A stretch of DNA of 63,555 nt, the filler included, from Octopus bimaculoides (Eukaryota), in NCBI RefSeq assembly GCF_001194135.2. It is 8 parts of 7 records of this genome, joined end to end, with 100 filler letters (N's around TTAATTAATTAA, not from the genome) between each part and the next. Parts side by side here need not be neighbours in the genome. Positions count along the whole stretch, not along the records: positions 28,747 to 43,851 come from NC_068993.1; positions 43,952 to 50,400 come from NC_068997.1; positions 50,501 to 54,100 come from NC_068994.1; 5 more parts are not named here. One strand, given 5' to 3'. Below, one piece after another: positions 37,986 through 51,875 of the stretch. Each line of letters begins with the position of its first letter. The first letter of the stretch is position 1. The notes beneath the pieces were generated by a model. It worked only from the letters and a program-made list of their open reading frames with translations, was not told the origin of the DNA and made no database searches. The position numbers were made by a program, and so were the translations under genes.

Positions 37986-38907
37986 TTATGTAGTATAAAA
38001 TTCATAAGTTCCTTAATAATAGGTTTCATTAAGTGTCTTCTACTGACAAATTTATAACAAAAAATTTCTTTAGAATGTGGCTACTAAATATGCGTATACC
38101 ATGGTAAGTCTTACAATGGGTATCTACACAAATATCATAAAATGTGTAAATTTTAAAATATGAATCTTGATAAACATTCCTCTTATGTCTTTGAAGATGT
38201 TTGTCATTATTGAGAAAGTAATTCATCAAGGCAATTCCATGAGTTGATCACTAAGGCTTAGATTATATAGACCGGCTATTCTTTCACTTATTGGGTTCAG
38301 ATATAAGACTTCTGCAAGTTGCAACTCTGCCTTCGAGTCAATACAGATCGACCTCCTCAATGTTCTTCTGAAAATGCTACGGGCCAACATCTGCAAGTAC
38401 ATCTGCGTGGGTTAGAAATAATAGGGAGCCGATGACCAGGACAGACGGTTGACGTTTACTTTGTAATAATAAAATCAAATAAAATATAGTTTGAAAACAT
38501 TTAGTACGTGAAATATATTCAGTGAAGATCTTGTGTAAGATGTTGCATATCCTACTGTGTGTTACGCAAGATATGATATGAATCGTAGTATTAAATGCTT
38601 CCAAAATATCATTATTTCGTTTCCTTTCATTATTACAAATTATATATAACTATACATACATACAAATATATTTATATATATTTCTCCATGATAGATCGCT
38701 AACCACTACAAACATTTTTTCTCTCCTTTTTTATCTCCTTTTATTTCTCTCCTTGTTTCTTTCTGTGTTCCTTTTTGTGGAAGAGCGTAGGCTCGAAACG
38801 TTAAAGATTTTTCAATTCCCGAGCGTTTGTTTTCTAAAACACCTATCTTCGTCTTTTGTTTGTTTGTGAATTTTCCCTATATATATATATATTTATATAT
38901 ATATATA

Positions 38908-39525
38908 TATAAGGTATGAGATTAGAATTTATGGAAAGATATCCCATAGAAACTCAACAGACTATTAAAGATGGAGAAGAGATGTTAAAATTTAAAAAAA
39001 AGAATTTTAATACAAGCATACGAGCGTTTAGAACAGCAATATTAACATGTAAATAACAAGCTAGAATAATTAGAAATTAATTAAATCACATTAAATTAAT
39101 TAATTACTTATTACTGCTCTCCTCAGTGCAGAAAAAGAATGCATCAACGCATGTTTTAGTTCTTTAACAACTAGACTCAACAACACCTTTTTCTGATTAA
39201 GCTCATAATCTTCTATAAGAATAAAATATGTATATCCGAATAAGTTATTTGCTACTTCTTCCATCAAATCTTTTGTAACAATAATAACAATAATCTTTTA
39301 ATGCATTCTTTTTTTCTGCACCGAGGAGAACATAAATATGTAATTTAATTTAATCAATTTCTAATCATTCTACCATGTTATTTACATGTTAATATTACGG
39401 TACGAAACGATCGCATGCATATATAAAAATTGTATTTTTTTAATTTTAACAACTTCTCGTCTCCATCTTTAACAGTCTTTTGAGTTTCTATGGTATACCT
39501 TTCCATAAATTATCATCACTTTATA
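38908..39525. mobile_element. Fold-back/MITE with ~235-bp inverted arms
   Basis: 38910-39145 is an imperfect reverse complement of 39300-39525, e.g. CCATAGAAACTCAACAGACTATTAAAGATGGAG vs CTCCATCTTTAACAGTCTTTTGAGTTTCTATGG. Both ends are in a TA context. Confidence 0.75.
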
Positions 39526-39783
39526 CATGTAATAATTTCATATTCCTAAAAATCTTACGCCAGTAAGCTACCAACGAAATATGAAGAATCTTTATTAGAA
39601 ACCGTCCGTTTGGAACTCTCTAATTTAAAGGGTAAATTGAACTTTATCTTTTCGCGCGCGTGCACATACACACACACATACACACACACACACACACACA
39701 CAGATATACGAGCATGTATCGTTAGGTATAATGGTATGTATATATACATATATATATGCGTATATACGTATATTCACTTATAT

Positions 39784-39836
<53 letters not shown>

Positions 39837-41621
39837 TGTGTGTACTTTCCAGTCAGTCCTCAGTATTGGTTACCAAACATGGGTTATGCAATGGAAGAAA
39901 ACATGGGACACGGGGCTAATGAAAGTTCAAATAAACGTGGTACCAGATCAAAGACATTGGAGAAGTAGGGGCAACTATAGTCACTGTAGTTCAAAGGGGA
40001 AAGAGGAAACAATATATCTCAGATCCAAAGGTTGTTGCATGCTGTTGAGTCGATTGATGCCAATCAATCAAGCAGCCTTTCACCGGATGTGGTCACTGAT
40101 GGCTGTGTTAGTAGAATTACTACCCTTCATGTGATAGAACAACATTGCCGGTTAGAGATGTGCTTTGATAATACTGAGCCGTCAAAAGCATAGTTATACA
40201 ACTCTAAACTACCTACTTTGGCTCTAGCTTAATTTTCGACTGCTTTAACTTTATATATTGCAAATGATTCTTGTATGTTATTATTCATTTATAGAATACG
40301 GGCACGTCTCCTCAAAGTGATAGTCAACAAGCTGTTAAACGTTTCAGTCAGAAGAAGTCAAAAGTGTCAAAAGTGAAGCTGCAATATATTTACATATTTG
40401 TAACTTCCTCTCCTAGCCGCTTAAAATGTATATAAAAATTAATTCTCATTCATTTTCGTTCATGCTGTGCTGTGCATTGCATGCCTATATCATACATATA
40501 CGCAGATGTAGCAACTTGTGCGCTCCAAATTCATCGGATGTAAATCTCATAGATTACTATGTTTTGTGTATTGATGAAAGGCAGATCATTCTACACCTCC
40601 AAAATACAATATCAGCCATAAAGGTCGCCATTCGATAGGTGATGCCCGGAAAGAATAAGGAACATTTAATGCGGTCATGCCAATGACTCCGATACATTAA
40701 AAACAGTCGTCGAAGATAAGGCGGATCCATAAGTAATCTTAAAAGAAAAGAATAAAAAGATTTGAATGGTACAGCAATGCACTATAATACAAAAAATGGA
40801 CTATATACCTGTTGTAATTTAGTTATCTATAGTCCGATGATATTTCGGAATACAATTCCTTCTTCAGATATTCTTAGATGGAGTCGCTGCTATAATCTGT
40901 TTTCCAACGGCTTTACTTTTTTTGGAAGCGTCTCAGTAGTGTTCTCACGAAGCTCCTTCCGGAATTCCTCATGAGAGGTGTGTGAGGTTGGCTGTGTCTC
41001 AATCTCGTGTATGTTGGTACATCTATAGCGCTGCTTCTATGTTATGTGTTATATGTGAAGCTTCCTTTTTGCTCTTCTTTCTTTTCCTCTTTTTTTTTTG
41101 TTATAAACAATACACGAGCATGTTATCAAGAATGAAACTACACGCATCCAGATGTAACTAAATAATTTATTGACTACCAGCCTCAGCCTGTTGCTAATTT
41201 GGGTCCTAGTCTGTGTATGAGTATAGCTTCCTTAATTCTTAAATTACCCAAATTTCTTAAAAGAAAGTTTATAAAGAACACATGCACAATTTATTTTATT
41301 AAAATCCATTTAGCTTAGCTTCATTAAAGTTGTTTTAATAAATGACTAAATATATCTTCAAATATCTCCTGCACTTTGTGTATATTTAGAAAATGCATAT
41401 CACTGTATCACATTATCGGCCAGACTAGCCGATGTTGCCATACACCGCCCGTGACAAGGCACTTCTTCGCATTCTTGTAGATTTCGATTGATATCAACCC
41501 GTTGACTAGTCGAGCAAGACATTACTTTTGAACGGTCATTGACAGCTGAGTGATCTGGTGCAAGGTGAGACAAATGATTTTACACACAAGCACAAGCACG
41601 TACGCACACACACACATACAC

Positions 41622-41657
<36 letters not shown>

Positions 41658-41919
41658 ACGTGCTCTCTTTCTCTATTTAACTTTTTTTTTTTTTTTTTTT
41701 NNNNNNNNNNNNNNNNNNNNNNNNNNNNNNNNNNNNNNNNNNNNNNNNNNNNNNNNNNNNNNNNNNNNNNNNNNNNNNNNNNNNNNNNNNNNNNNNNNNN
41801 NNNNNNNNNNNNNNNNNNNNNNNNNNNNNNNNNNNNNNNNNNNNNNNNNNNNNNNNNNNNNNNNNNNNNNNNNNNNNNNNNNNNNNNNNNNNNNNNNNNN
41901 NNNNNNNNNNNNNNNNNNN

Positions 41920-41971
<52 letters not shown>

Positions 41972-43270
41972 TAATAATTACATTTAATTGTATATACATA
42001 CGTGAGTATCTTTGGCACGTATGTATATAAGTAGATAGATATGTAGGTACGCAGGTAGGTAGGTAGGTAGGTAGGTAGGTAGGTAGGTAGGTAGGTTGGA
42101 TGGATTAAATGTAAGGAGGTAGACACGTAGGTTAGTACGTAGATAGGAGGTTAGACAGGTGCGTATATATGCACGTATGTATATATGTATGTAGGTAGGT
42201 CGGTCGGTCGGTCGGTCGGTCGGTAGATAGGTAGGTAGGTAGGTGGGTAGGTAGATCTATCTGATTTAGAGTATGTCTGTGAATGGCATAGATCGGTGTC
42301 TGGAATAGTTTAGAAACTGTGATGTGTAGTTTGGTGATTTAAAGTAGATAAACTTTTTCTGTACAGCAAGATAATGTAAGGTCATTGCTATGACAACCGA
42401 TGACACAGACATAAAGTGACAAATCGTGTTAGACTATTTTTTTTACACTTTCACCGAATAAATTTACAATAAAAGGAAATTAAAAAAAACAATTGAAGGA
42501 AGATCTCATGTAAAGATACTGTGTAAGCAAACATACACACAGTTGAATGATCATATATATATATATATATANNNNNNNNNNNNNNNNNNNNNNNNNNNNN
42601 NNNNNNNNNNNNNNNNNNNNNNNNNNNNNNNNNNNNNNNNNNNNNNNNNNNNNNNNNNNNNNNNNNNNNNNNNNNNNNNNNNNNNNNNNNNNNNNNNNNN
42701 NNNNNNNNNNNNNNNNNNNNNNNNNNNNNNNNNNNNNNNNNNNNNNNNNNNNNNNNNNNNNNNNNNNNNNNNNNNNNNNNNNNNNNNNNNNNNNNNNNNN
42801 NNNNNNNNNNNNNNNNNNNNNNNNNNNNNNNNNNNNNNNNNNNNNNNNNNNNNNNNNNNNNNNNNNNNNNNNNNNNNNNNNNNNNNNNNNNNNNNNNNNN
42901 NNNNNNNNNNNNNNNNNNNNNNNNNNNNNNNNNNNNNNNNNNNNNNNNNNNNNNNNNNNNNNNNNNNNNNNNNNNNNNNNNNNNNNNNNNNNNNNNNNNN
43001 NNNNNNNNNNNNNNNNNNNNNNNNNNNNNNNNNNNNNNNNNNNNNNNNNNNNNNNNNNNNNNNNNNNNNNNNNNNNNNNTATATATATATATATATATAT
43101 ATATATTGATATATTGGGATAATTATATGGATATATGTATGTGTGTATGCATGTATGTACGTATGTATATATATATGTATATATATATATATATATATAC
43201 ATATATATATACATACGTACATACATGCATACACACATACATATATCCATATAATTATCCCAATATATCA

Positions 43271-43301
<31 letters not shown>

Positions 43302-43468
43302 CTTCTATATTTATATATGCACAAACACACATACACAGACTCACACACACGCTCACCCAACACATATATATAAATTTGATATTCTATGTGTATTTGATTG
43401 TAAGAGGAAAATTAATCTCAATGATTTCAGGATGCATGTGTGTATGTGAGTTGGAGTGGACGGAGTAA

Positions 43469-43559
<91 letters not shown>

Positions 43560-43752
43560 TACGCTGGACTGTCAGTAACAGAGGAAATATGAGTTGGCGG
43601 CTAAGAAATACTGTATGTTCTGTTGATATTTTAGTGTATACATTAGTGACTCTGACACTAGTTATATCAAAATATATATCTGTAAGTATATACATATACA
43701 TCCACTTACACACACATTCGCATCTGGCGGTGTGCACTCACATCGTATACGT

Positions 43753-43851
<99 letters not shown>

Positions 43852-44192
43852 NNNNNNNNNNNNNNNNNNNNNNNNNNNNNNNNNNNNNNNNNNNNTTAAT
43901 TAATTAANNNNNNNNNNNNNNNNNNNNNNNNNNNNNNNNNNNNNNNNNNNNTTCACTATATATATATATATATACATTCATATATATATATATATATATA
44001 TATACAGAGAGAGAGAGAGAGAGAGACAGAGAGAGACAGAGACAGAGACAGAGACAGAGACAGACAGACAGACAGACAGACAGAGACGGAGAGAGGTAGA
44101 TATAGAGGGAAGTCGGGAGAGAGAGATGGACGAAGTGGAAGAGGAAAAGGAGAAAGAAGAATAATACTGAGAAGAGAATGAATGGCAAGGTC

Positions 44193-44245
<53 letters not shown>

Positions 44246-44279
44246 AAGAGAGAGCGAGAGACAGAGAGAGCCAGTGAGA

Positions 44280-44766
44280 GGCGTGTGACGAGGCGACAGT
44301 CAGTCGAAGAGCGCGAGAGAACGAGTCACAGAGAGAGAGGGCACGAGAGTGGGAGAGAGAGAGAGAGAGAGAATGAGAGAGAGAGAAAGGTGGAGGGAAG
44401 ATAGAGGGAGGGATGGAGAGAGAGAGAGAGATGAAAGGAAGGATCGCGGAGGGAAGCAGGAAGAGAAAAACCAGTGATGGAGTAGAGAGAAGGAAAGAGA
44501 ATGAGAGAGGAGGAGAGACTGAAAGCCAAAGCGAATGAAAAAGTTCTCAAACGCAACTATACAAGTTGAGAAATCGTGGTTATGTTTCATATATGTCGAA
44601 ATAACAGAATGAAGAAGTGCAACAATATTAAGAGCGGATGCACATATTCTGCATCATATGTTTTTTGACACAATTCTACAACCGCCGCTGCCACCGTGCT
44701 CCTCCTGTTGTTGTTGTTGCTGCTGGTGTTGCATGTTGCTTTTATGTCTCCACAATCTAGGTAGGT
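44280..44766 (+). promoter_or_regulatory. Candidate promoter / 5' exon (GA-rich, Inr-like TCAGTC, donor AG|GTAGGT)
   Basis: TCAGTC at 44300-44305 in a CpG-containing GA-rich tract, followed by unique non-repeat sequence and a splice-donor consensus at 44760|44761. Inference only. Confidence 0.3.
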
Positions 44767-44802
44767 CGGCCAAAACATTACAATACATTCTATTATTATT
44801 TA

Positions 44803-44855
<53 letters not shown>

Positions 44856-45201
44856 ATGCCTTGCGCAGATTCTACATGGATATATGTAAGCATATATGTA
44901 TGTATGTATGTGTGTGCGGATCTATTTATCTATCTATCTCTATGCATTCATATATATACATACGTACACACACACGTAAATAGATACATACGTACATATT
45001 TATAAAGTGTGAAGTGTGTAAGTGTTACTAAGTATATATATGCACTCAGGCAGGGTTGTGTAAATTAATGTATATATTTAAGTACATATACTCTGTAAGA
45101 AGACATCAGAAGTGCGTATAATATATATTCATGTGTGTGTGTTTCTTTAATCGGAAGAAGTTACAAAGTGATCCGTGGACCGAGAGTTTCATGCATTGTC
45201 A

Positions 45202-45234
<33 letters not shown>

Positions 45235-45474
45235 NNNNNNNNNNNNNNNNNNNNNNNNNNNNNNNNNNNNNNNNNNNNNNNNNNNNNNNNNNNNNNNNNN
45301 NNNNNNNNNNNNNNNNNNNNNNNNNNNNNNNNNNNNNNNNNNNNNNNNNNNNNNNNNNNNNNNNNNNNNNNNNNNNNNNNNNNNNNNNNNNNNNNNNNNN
45401 NNNNNNNNNNNNNNNNNNNNNNNNNNNNNNNNNNNNNNNNNNNNNNNNNNNNNNNNNNNNNNNNNNNNNNNNNN

Positions 45475-45527
<53 letters not shown>

Positions 45528-46538
45528 ACCACTTATCATTCCCGCATATCTAAACATGTATATATGCATTTACTTATCCACATGTGTTTTATATGTATAC
45601 ACTTATGTTATATACATTGCTACATGAGTGTAGAATGCACTATAGTTTGTGTTTAGATAGGCGTGTATGCATAAGTGTGTGTTTTGTTTACGTATCTATT
45701 TGTGTCGATACAAGCATTTTGTCATTTTGGCCGGAGTTAACTACGAACATGCAGAAAAGACATGCCATACATGACTAAGTCGCTGACGTGCAACTCTGTG
45801 TCGGCGAAATTTATCTAATAGATCCTTTGTATTTTTTGTTTTCTATTAGATTAATCAAGAATTTGAATTATTTACTTAATATATTTAGCAGGCTGAGCCA
45901 ACGAGAAGACCACGTAAAAAATTGTACATAGGCTCGCCTATGATAAGTCTAAATGGACATATCATAGGCGAGCCTATGTACAAGTCTAAATGTACATGAG
46001 CGTGTTACTATATATATATATATATATGTAGATAAATGTATGTACATATCTACGGGTATATATATATATATATATATANNNNNNNNNNNNNNNNNNNNNN
46101 NNNNNNNNNNNNNNNNNNNNNNNNNNNNNNNNNNNNNNNNNNNNNNNNNNNNNNNNNNNNNNNNNNNNNNNNNNNNNNNNNNNNNNNNNNNNNNNNNNNN
46201 NNNNNNNNNNNNNNNNNNNNNNNNNNNNNNNNNNNNNNNNNNNNNNNNNNNNNNNNNNNNNNNNNNNNNNNNNNNNNNNNNNNNNNNNNNNNNNNNNNNN
46301 NNNNNNNNNNNNNNNNNNNNNNNNNNNNNNNNNNNNNNNNNNNNNNNNNNNNNNNNNNNNNNNNNNNNNNNNNNNNNNNNNNNNNNNNNNNNNNNNNNNN
46401 NNNNNNNNNNNNNNNNNNNNNNNNNNNNNNNNNNNNNNNNNNNNNNNNNNNNNNNNNNNNNNNNNNNNNNNNNNNNNNNNNNNNNNNNNNNNNNNNNNNN
46501 NNNNNNNNNNNNNNNNNNNNNNNNNNNNNNNNNNNNNN

Positions 46539-46586
<48 letters not shown>

Positions 46587-47039
46587 ACGTTGAGAAGGCG
46601 AACCTCGAATGAAATAAAGATATAAATAATAGTGTGTAAATATTAAATCTAAAATCATTTTGGACTGAAAAATGTCGAAGGGTGTAAATATGAAGTCAAC
46701 AATATACATACAAACATACATACACACACAGGCACTTACATATACATACACACATAAATACCTACATATATACATATGAGTGCGTGTATGTGTATGTGCG
46801 TGTGCTATACTTATGTAATTTTCAAAAGCGTCATAGATACAGTTTAAGGTTTTTAACATAGTAACCATGTCAGAGCTATGTTATAGGTCGAGTTTGTTTA
46901 TATATTATAATGATTGTATTATATGACTTATATGAGGAGTGGACGTTAGTGATAAATCGAACCCTAATTCACGAGACTTGTGTCTTTAGAGAACACTGGT
47001 AAGTAGGAAGTTACAAATATATATATAAACAAATAGTAA

Positions 47040-47539
47040 ATGAGTATATGCATATATACGTACAGGTATGTGCGTACCGACATCCACCTGTATGTATAGG
47101 TGCATATCTGGGTACAGGACATTGCAAACAAAACGTAGACGAGAAAACACACAAGCCACATAGAGAACATTCTACTTCATCAGCCNNNNNNNNNNNNNNN
47201 NNNNNNNNNNNNNNNNNNNNNNNNNNNNNNNNNNNNNNNNNNNNNNNNNNNNNNNNNNNNNNNNNNNNNNNNNNNNNNNNNNNNNNNNNNNNNNNNNNNN
47301 NNNNNNNNNNNNNNNNNNNNNNNNNNNNNNNNNNNNNNNNNNNNNNNNNNNNNNNNNNNNNNNNNNNNNNNNNNNNNNNNNNNNNNNNNNNNNNNNNNNN
47401 NNNNNNNNNNNNNNNNNNNNNNNNNNNNNNNNNNNNNNNNNNNNNNNNNNNNNNNNNNNNNNNNNNNNNNNNNNNNNNNNNNNNNNNNNNNNNNNNNNNN
47501 NNNNNNNNNNNNNNNNNNNNNNNNNNNNNNNNNNNNNNN

Positions 47540-47570
<31 letters not shown>

Positions 47571-47775
47571 CAAATAATAAATGAGTATATGCATATATAA
47601 GTACAGGTATGTGCATACCTAAATCTACCTGTATATATAGTTGCATATCTGGGTACAGGACATTGCAAACAAGACGTAGACAAAAAAATGATAATAACCG
47701 GAGTACAGAAAACATACAGGCCACATAGGGAACATTTTTCTTCATCAGCTACCCCCATTCTAACACAAGCGTTTC
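47040..47775. repeat. Interspersed repeat, two diverged copies flanking a gap (third at 50680-50890)
   Basis: GCATATCTGGGTACAGGACATTGCAAAC...CTTCATCAGC occurs at 47101-47185, 47643-47750 and 50720-50850. Confidence 0.7.
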
Positions 47776-48899
47776 GAATACATATGTGTGTATGTGTGTG
47801 TGTGTGTGTACACGTGATATATACGTACACGTTAATGAGTGAGTGTTGGAAAAAGTGAACTAGATACCATTAGCACAGTTTTATATCTTTTGTTTTCGTC
47901 GAGTCCGTCTTTCACAACTTTGACTTTCTCACCTGAGAAACTCATAGTGGTGAGGAAATGGCTCGACCACTGTATATACACCAGTAAATATATATACTTT
48001 ATTTTGTAACCTCTCGCATTGTTCCGGCCTTACACAATAAATCTCTTTAAAGTAATTCCACACAATGCTTCACTAAAACTACTCCATTTTAATATATATA
48101 TATTTATATATGCATGATACATAAAAGAATGCATATATATCATATACATGTATTTGTTTATTCCGCTTAATTATACCGATACTAATCCTGGCGTTAGATT
48201 TTAAATTACACCAGTGTGTGTGTGTGTGTGTGTGTTTGTGTATATATAAATATATTAATGTTTGTTTTATGTCAATTTATATACGAAACAATTTAGAATT
48301 ATACTGAAGAAGTACCCAATAATTTTTACCACGTGTGTTCGTGTGTATGTGTGTGCATATACACACACAAATGCGCAGACAGACATACACATACACGAAG
48401 AAAGTAAAGACTTTCACAGAGTGAATTCTCGTCTGCCAAATTCCATTAAGAAATTATTGGTAATCCGAAGGTACTGAAGCATTTGTGAAACGAACCAGAA
48501 AAATGTGTGGTTGCCAGACGAGATTCCTAACCATGCACCCATAACTATCTTTAAAACTCTACTGCAGTTATCTTTCACTCGAATATAATGTGTGTGCATG
48601 TTTGTGTGTGTGTTTATGTGTGTTGCTATATTTTGCGGTGGGTACTTCGATGTAAAATGAATGAAATAAATGAATACAAAAAATTCATGTAGGCTAGGAA
48701 ATAACTTTAAAAATTCTAAGAAATATATGAACGGAATAGTTGAACAGGCACGTGTGGTTGATTATGGTTTTGGTAATTAATCTGGAAATATAAATCAGAT
48801 AAAAGGAATTGGTTTCTACTAGTAGTCGAAATTACAAATGCTGTGTCTGACACGCGAGCTTAGAGATAGATAGGTTGTATGGCTTCTCTTCCAAACTTC

Positions 48900-49160
48900 T
48901 TTCCCAGCTGTATCGTCTTGGGTTCAGTTCCAAAGCGAAGCACACTGGACCAAGGTTGACCAAGGAATTACGAGTGGATTTGGTAGATGGTAACTGATGG
49001 GAGTCAGTCGCGCGCGCGCATGTGTTTTTGTGTATGCGTGTACGTTTGTCTGTCTGTCGTTCAAAGCCGCGTGAAATCGGAGTTGGTTTATTTACGTCCA
49101 CGTAGCTTAGTGCTGAGATCGATTCATTTGGATTAACCCTTGAAGAAGGTGCCCCAGGAT
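48900..49160 (+). mobile_element. SINE family B, decayed
   Basis: GGGTTCAGTTCC...GAGTGGATTTGGTAGATGG...TTTACGTCC.CGTAGCTTAG...AAGGTGCCCCAG. Confidence 0.6.
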
Positions 49161-50932
49161 TGCTAAAATAAGAATACTATCATACATACATACATACATA
49201 CATATGTGTGTGTGTGTGCCAGATAAACCGGGAAACCGGCCGCATGCTTCTTTCTATGTAATGAGGACTAATATAGTGTAAACATTAGGTTAACAAACAT
49301 CTTTGCATACAAAAAGGTCAAAGGCTGCCATTGAGACTCGAACCCGTATCAACTTTATACATGACAAGTCACCAACAATATTCTTTTATAGAATATTTAT
49401 TTATTTGAAGTTTCGGTTCATCCCTGTCTCAGTTGTCCATTCTGTTTCCTGATATTTCTCTTTAAAATGAATATTTTTACTTTACATATTTGCTGGCAAA
49501 ATGCATGTCCCGAGAATTTAGATTACGTAGTGTTGATGGTTTACACAACAGTTTCAGGAAAATAGTCCTAAAAAGACTGAAAGCTCCGGAAAATTCTGGT
49601 AACGAAGGTCCAGGCGAATGCGGGAATGAACGATGAGAAACGTTACTAAATTCGGGGGTATTAATCTGTCGATAAGCTGCGTATATGTATGTATCTATGC
49701 ATGTATGTATGTATGTATGTATGTATGTATGTATGTATGTATGTATGTGTGTGTGTATGTATGCATGTTGGTATATATGCATATGTTGGTATGTATATAA
49801 ATGTTGGTATGTATATATGTTGGTATGCATATATATGTTGGTATGTATATATATGTTGATATGTATATGTACACATGCGCACACACACTCATATGTTGAA
49901 TTCTTCTTGTATTTTGTTTGTCCTACCCTTGATTTATCCATGCAACATATGTATATATGTTTATCTATATATTTATATATATGTACGTATATGTATGTAT
50001 GTATGTATGTATGTATATATCTATCTATCTATCTATCTATATATATATATATATAATGCATTTAAGAATAATGTGTATACAAGATATCTATGTATGTCTA
50101 TGTATATCACACACATGTATGTATACATATGTATTTGTGAACATACGTACACACCCATACCTAAACAGCAGCCCATATATAATATACACCAATCACATTT
50201 GCAATCCGTCATTCATGCAAGCAGTTGCGGGTGTAAAATATGAATGTGAAACATCTTGAACAAATATATTTTAATGTGATGTTAAAATGTCGTGTTATCT
50301 TGATATATAAATAGAAACCTATGAAATAAATGAATTTATGTACTAATGAATGAATGTATGTGGTATATACGAATATATATATATATATATATATATATAT
50401 NNNNNNNNNNNNNNNNNNNNNNNNNNNNNNNNNNNNNNNNNNNNTTAATTAATTAANNNNNNNNNNNNNNNNNNNNNNNNNNNNNNNNNNNNNNNNNNNN
50501 TCTTCACTTGATCTCCCGTCTTTAATCCTTTCCTTTCAGATGCTTTCCCTCTCTCTTCATTGCTGGTTCCACTTATCGTTGCCTTATATTATATTTACCT
50601 TTTAGCTTACTTCGTATGTATGTATGTATGTATGTCTATGTAATAATACAAATGATATGTAAGCATATGCATGTATACATACATATATGTACATACCTAC
50701 AACTACATGTATATATAGATGCATATCCGGGTACAGGACGTTAGAAAAATGAACGGGGACATAAAAACAAAAACGGACTTTGTTTACAGACAACAGAACG
50801 AACACATAGGAAAACAAACAAGCCACTTATGGAATTATTCCTTCATCAGCTGCCTCTATTCTAAAACTATGCGTTTCGAAGATAAGGCAGGACGCATGCA
50901 TGTCTAAGTATGTATGTATGTATGTATGTATG

Positions 50933-50964
<32 letters not shown>

Positions 50965-51609
50965 CCCCCTCTCTCTCTCGTTCTCCCCTCCCGCAATCAG
51001 AAAAGATTATATACACAGTTATTCTTTTACCTTACTTTTCATGCTTCACTAACCCCACGTGGCGGTGGAGATGCTATTGCTCCTAGTTGAACATCAATGG
51101 ATAGAGAGCAACTCTCACAAAAACATTAAAAAAAAAGAAAAAGAAAGGGAAATGGTTTCAGAGAATTGAGAATTAATATCACAAAATTAATTTACGGAAT
51201 TTTGAGGGAAATCGGATGCTTATTTTCCAAGCAAAGAAACAACGAAGAACCTGTTCCGGTCTTCATAGACCTTATCAGCTTAGCACCATTTATTCGAGTC
51301 TGCTTAGATAAACCGACAAAGGATTTTACATGTGGAAGAAGGGATACGAAGGGTTTGGTTCAGTAGTAATTTGCATAATTAAGAAAGGAAATGAACTTGC
51401 TTTTCGTTATTCGTTTTCTTTCTTCAATTAATTGAAAATCGTTTTTTTTTTTTGCGTACTTCATTCAGTACATCTTTATGTAATGTACTTATCTAAACTT
51501 ACGGTATTCATCTTCAGGAGTAAATTTTCCTTAAATCAATTTATTCTTTCATTAGGCAAATAATTATTTTCGATATATTTTCTGTGCTATGTTGATGAGG
51601 GAATTTAAT

Positions 51610-51875
51610 GACGGAATTTGAACTCAGAACGTAAATCTGGAAGAAATGCCAGTAAGCATTTTGTCCGGCGCAACAACAATTCCACCAGCTCGCCGCTTTA
51701 CAACACTGTATAATAATAATTATTAATAATTCTTGGAATTCTGCCGAGGTTGGCTTAGCTCTTCATCCTTTTGGAGTCGATAAAATACGTACCAGTTGAA
51801 CACTGAGGTCGACTTAATTGACTTTGCCTCTTCCCCGAAATTGCAGGCATTGTACCAAAATTTGAAACCAATAAT
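51610..51875. mobile_element. Two SINE family A fragments in opposite orientation
   Basis: GGAATTTGAACTCAGAACG (-) at 51612-51700; GCTCTTCATCCTTTTGGAGTCGATAAAATACGTACC (+) at 51735-51875. Confidence 0.65.

Noticed and set aside
40865-41020. Minus-strand peptide KQRYRCTNIHEIETQ...EEFRKELRENTTETLPKK
   Set aside because: Protein-like but short, with no polypyrimidine acceptor and no recognisable family.
49550-49610. Possible micro-exon (CAG|GAAAATAGT...TG|GTAACG)
   Set aside because: Weak donor and no homology.
51150-51170. TGGTTTCAG (WFQ) homeodomain look-alike
   Set aside because: Continues RIEN rather than NRR, and upstream is poly-A.
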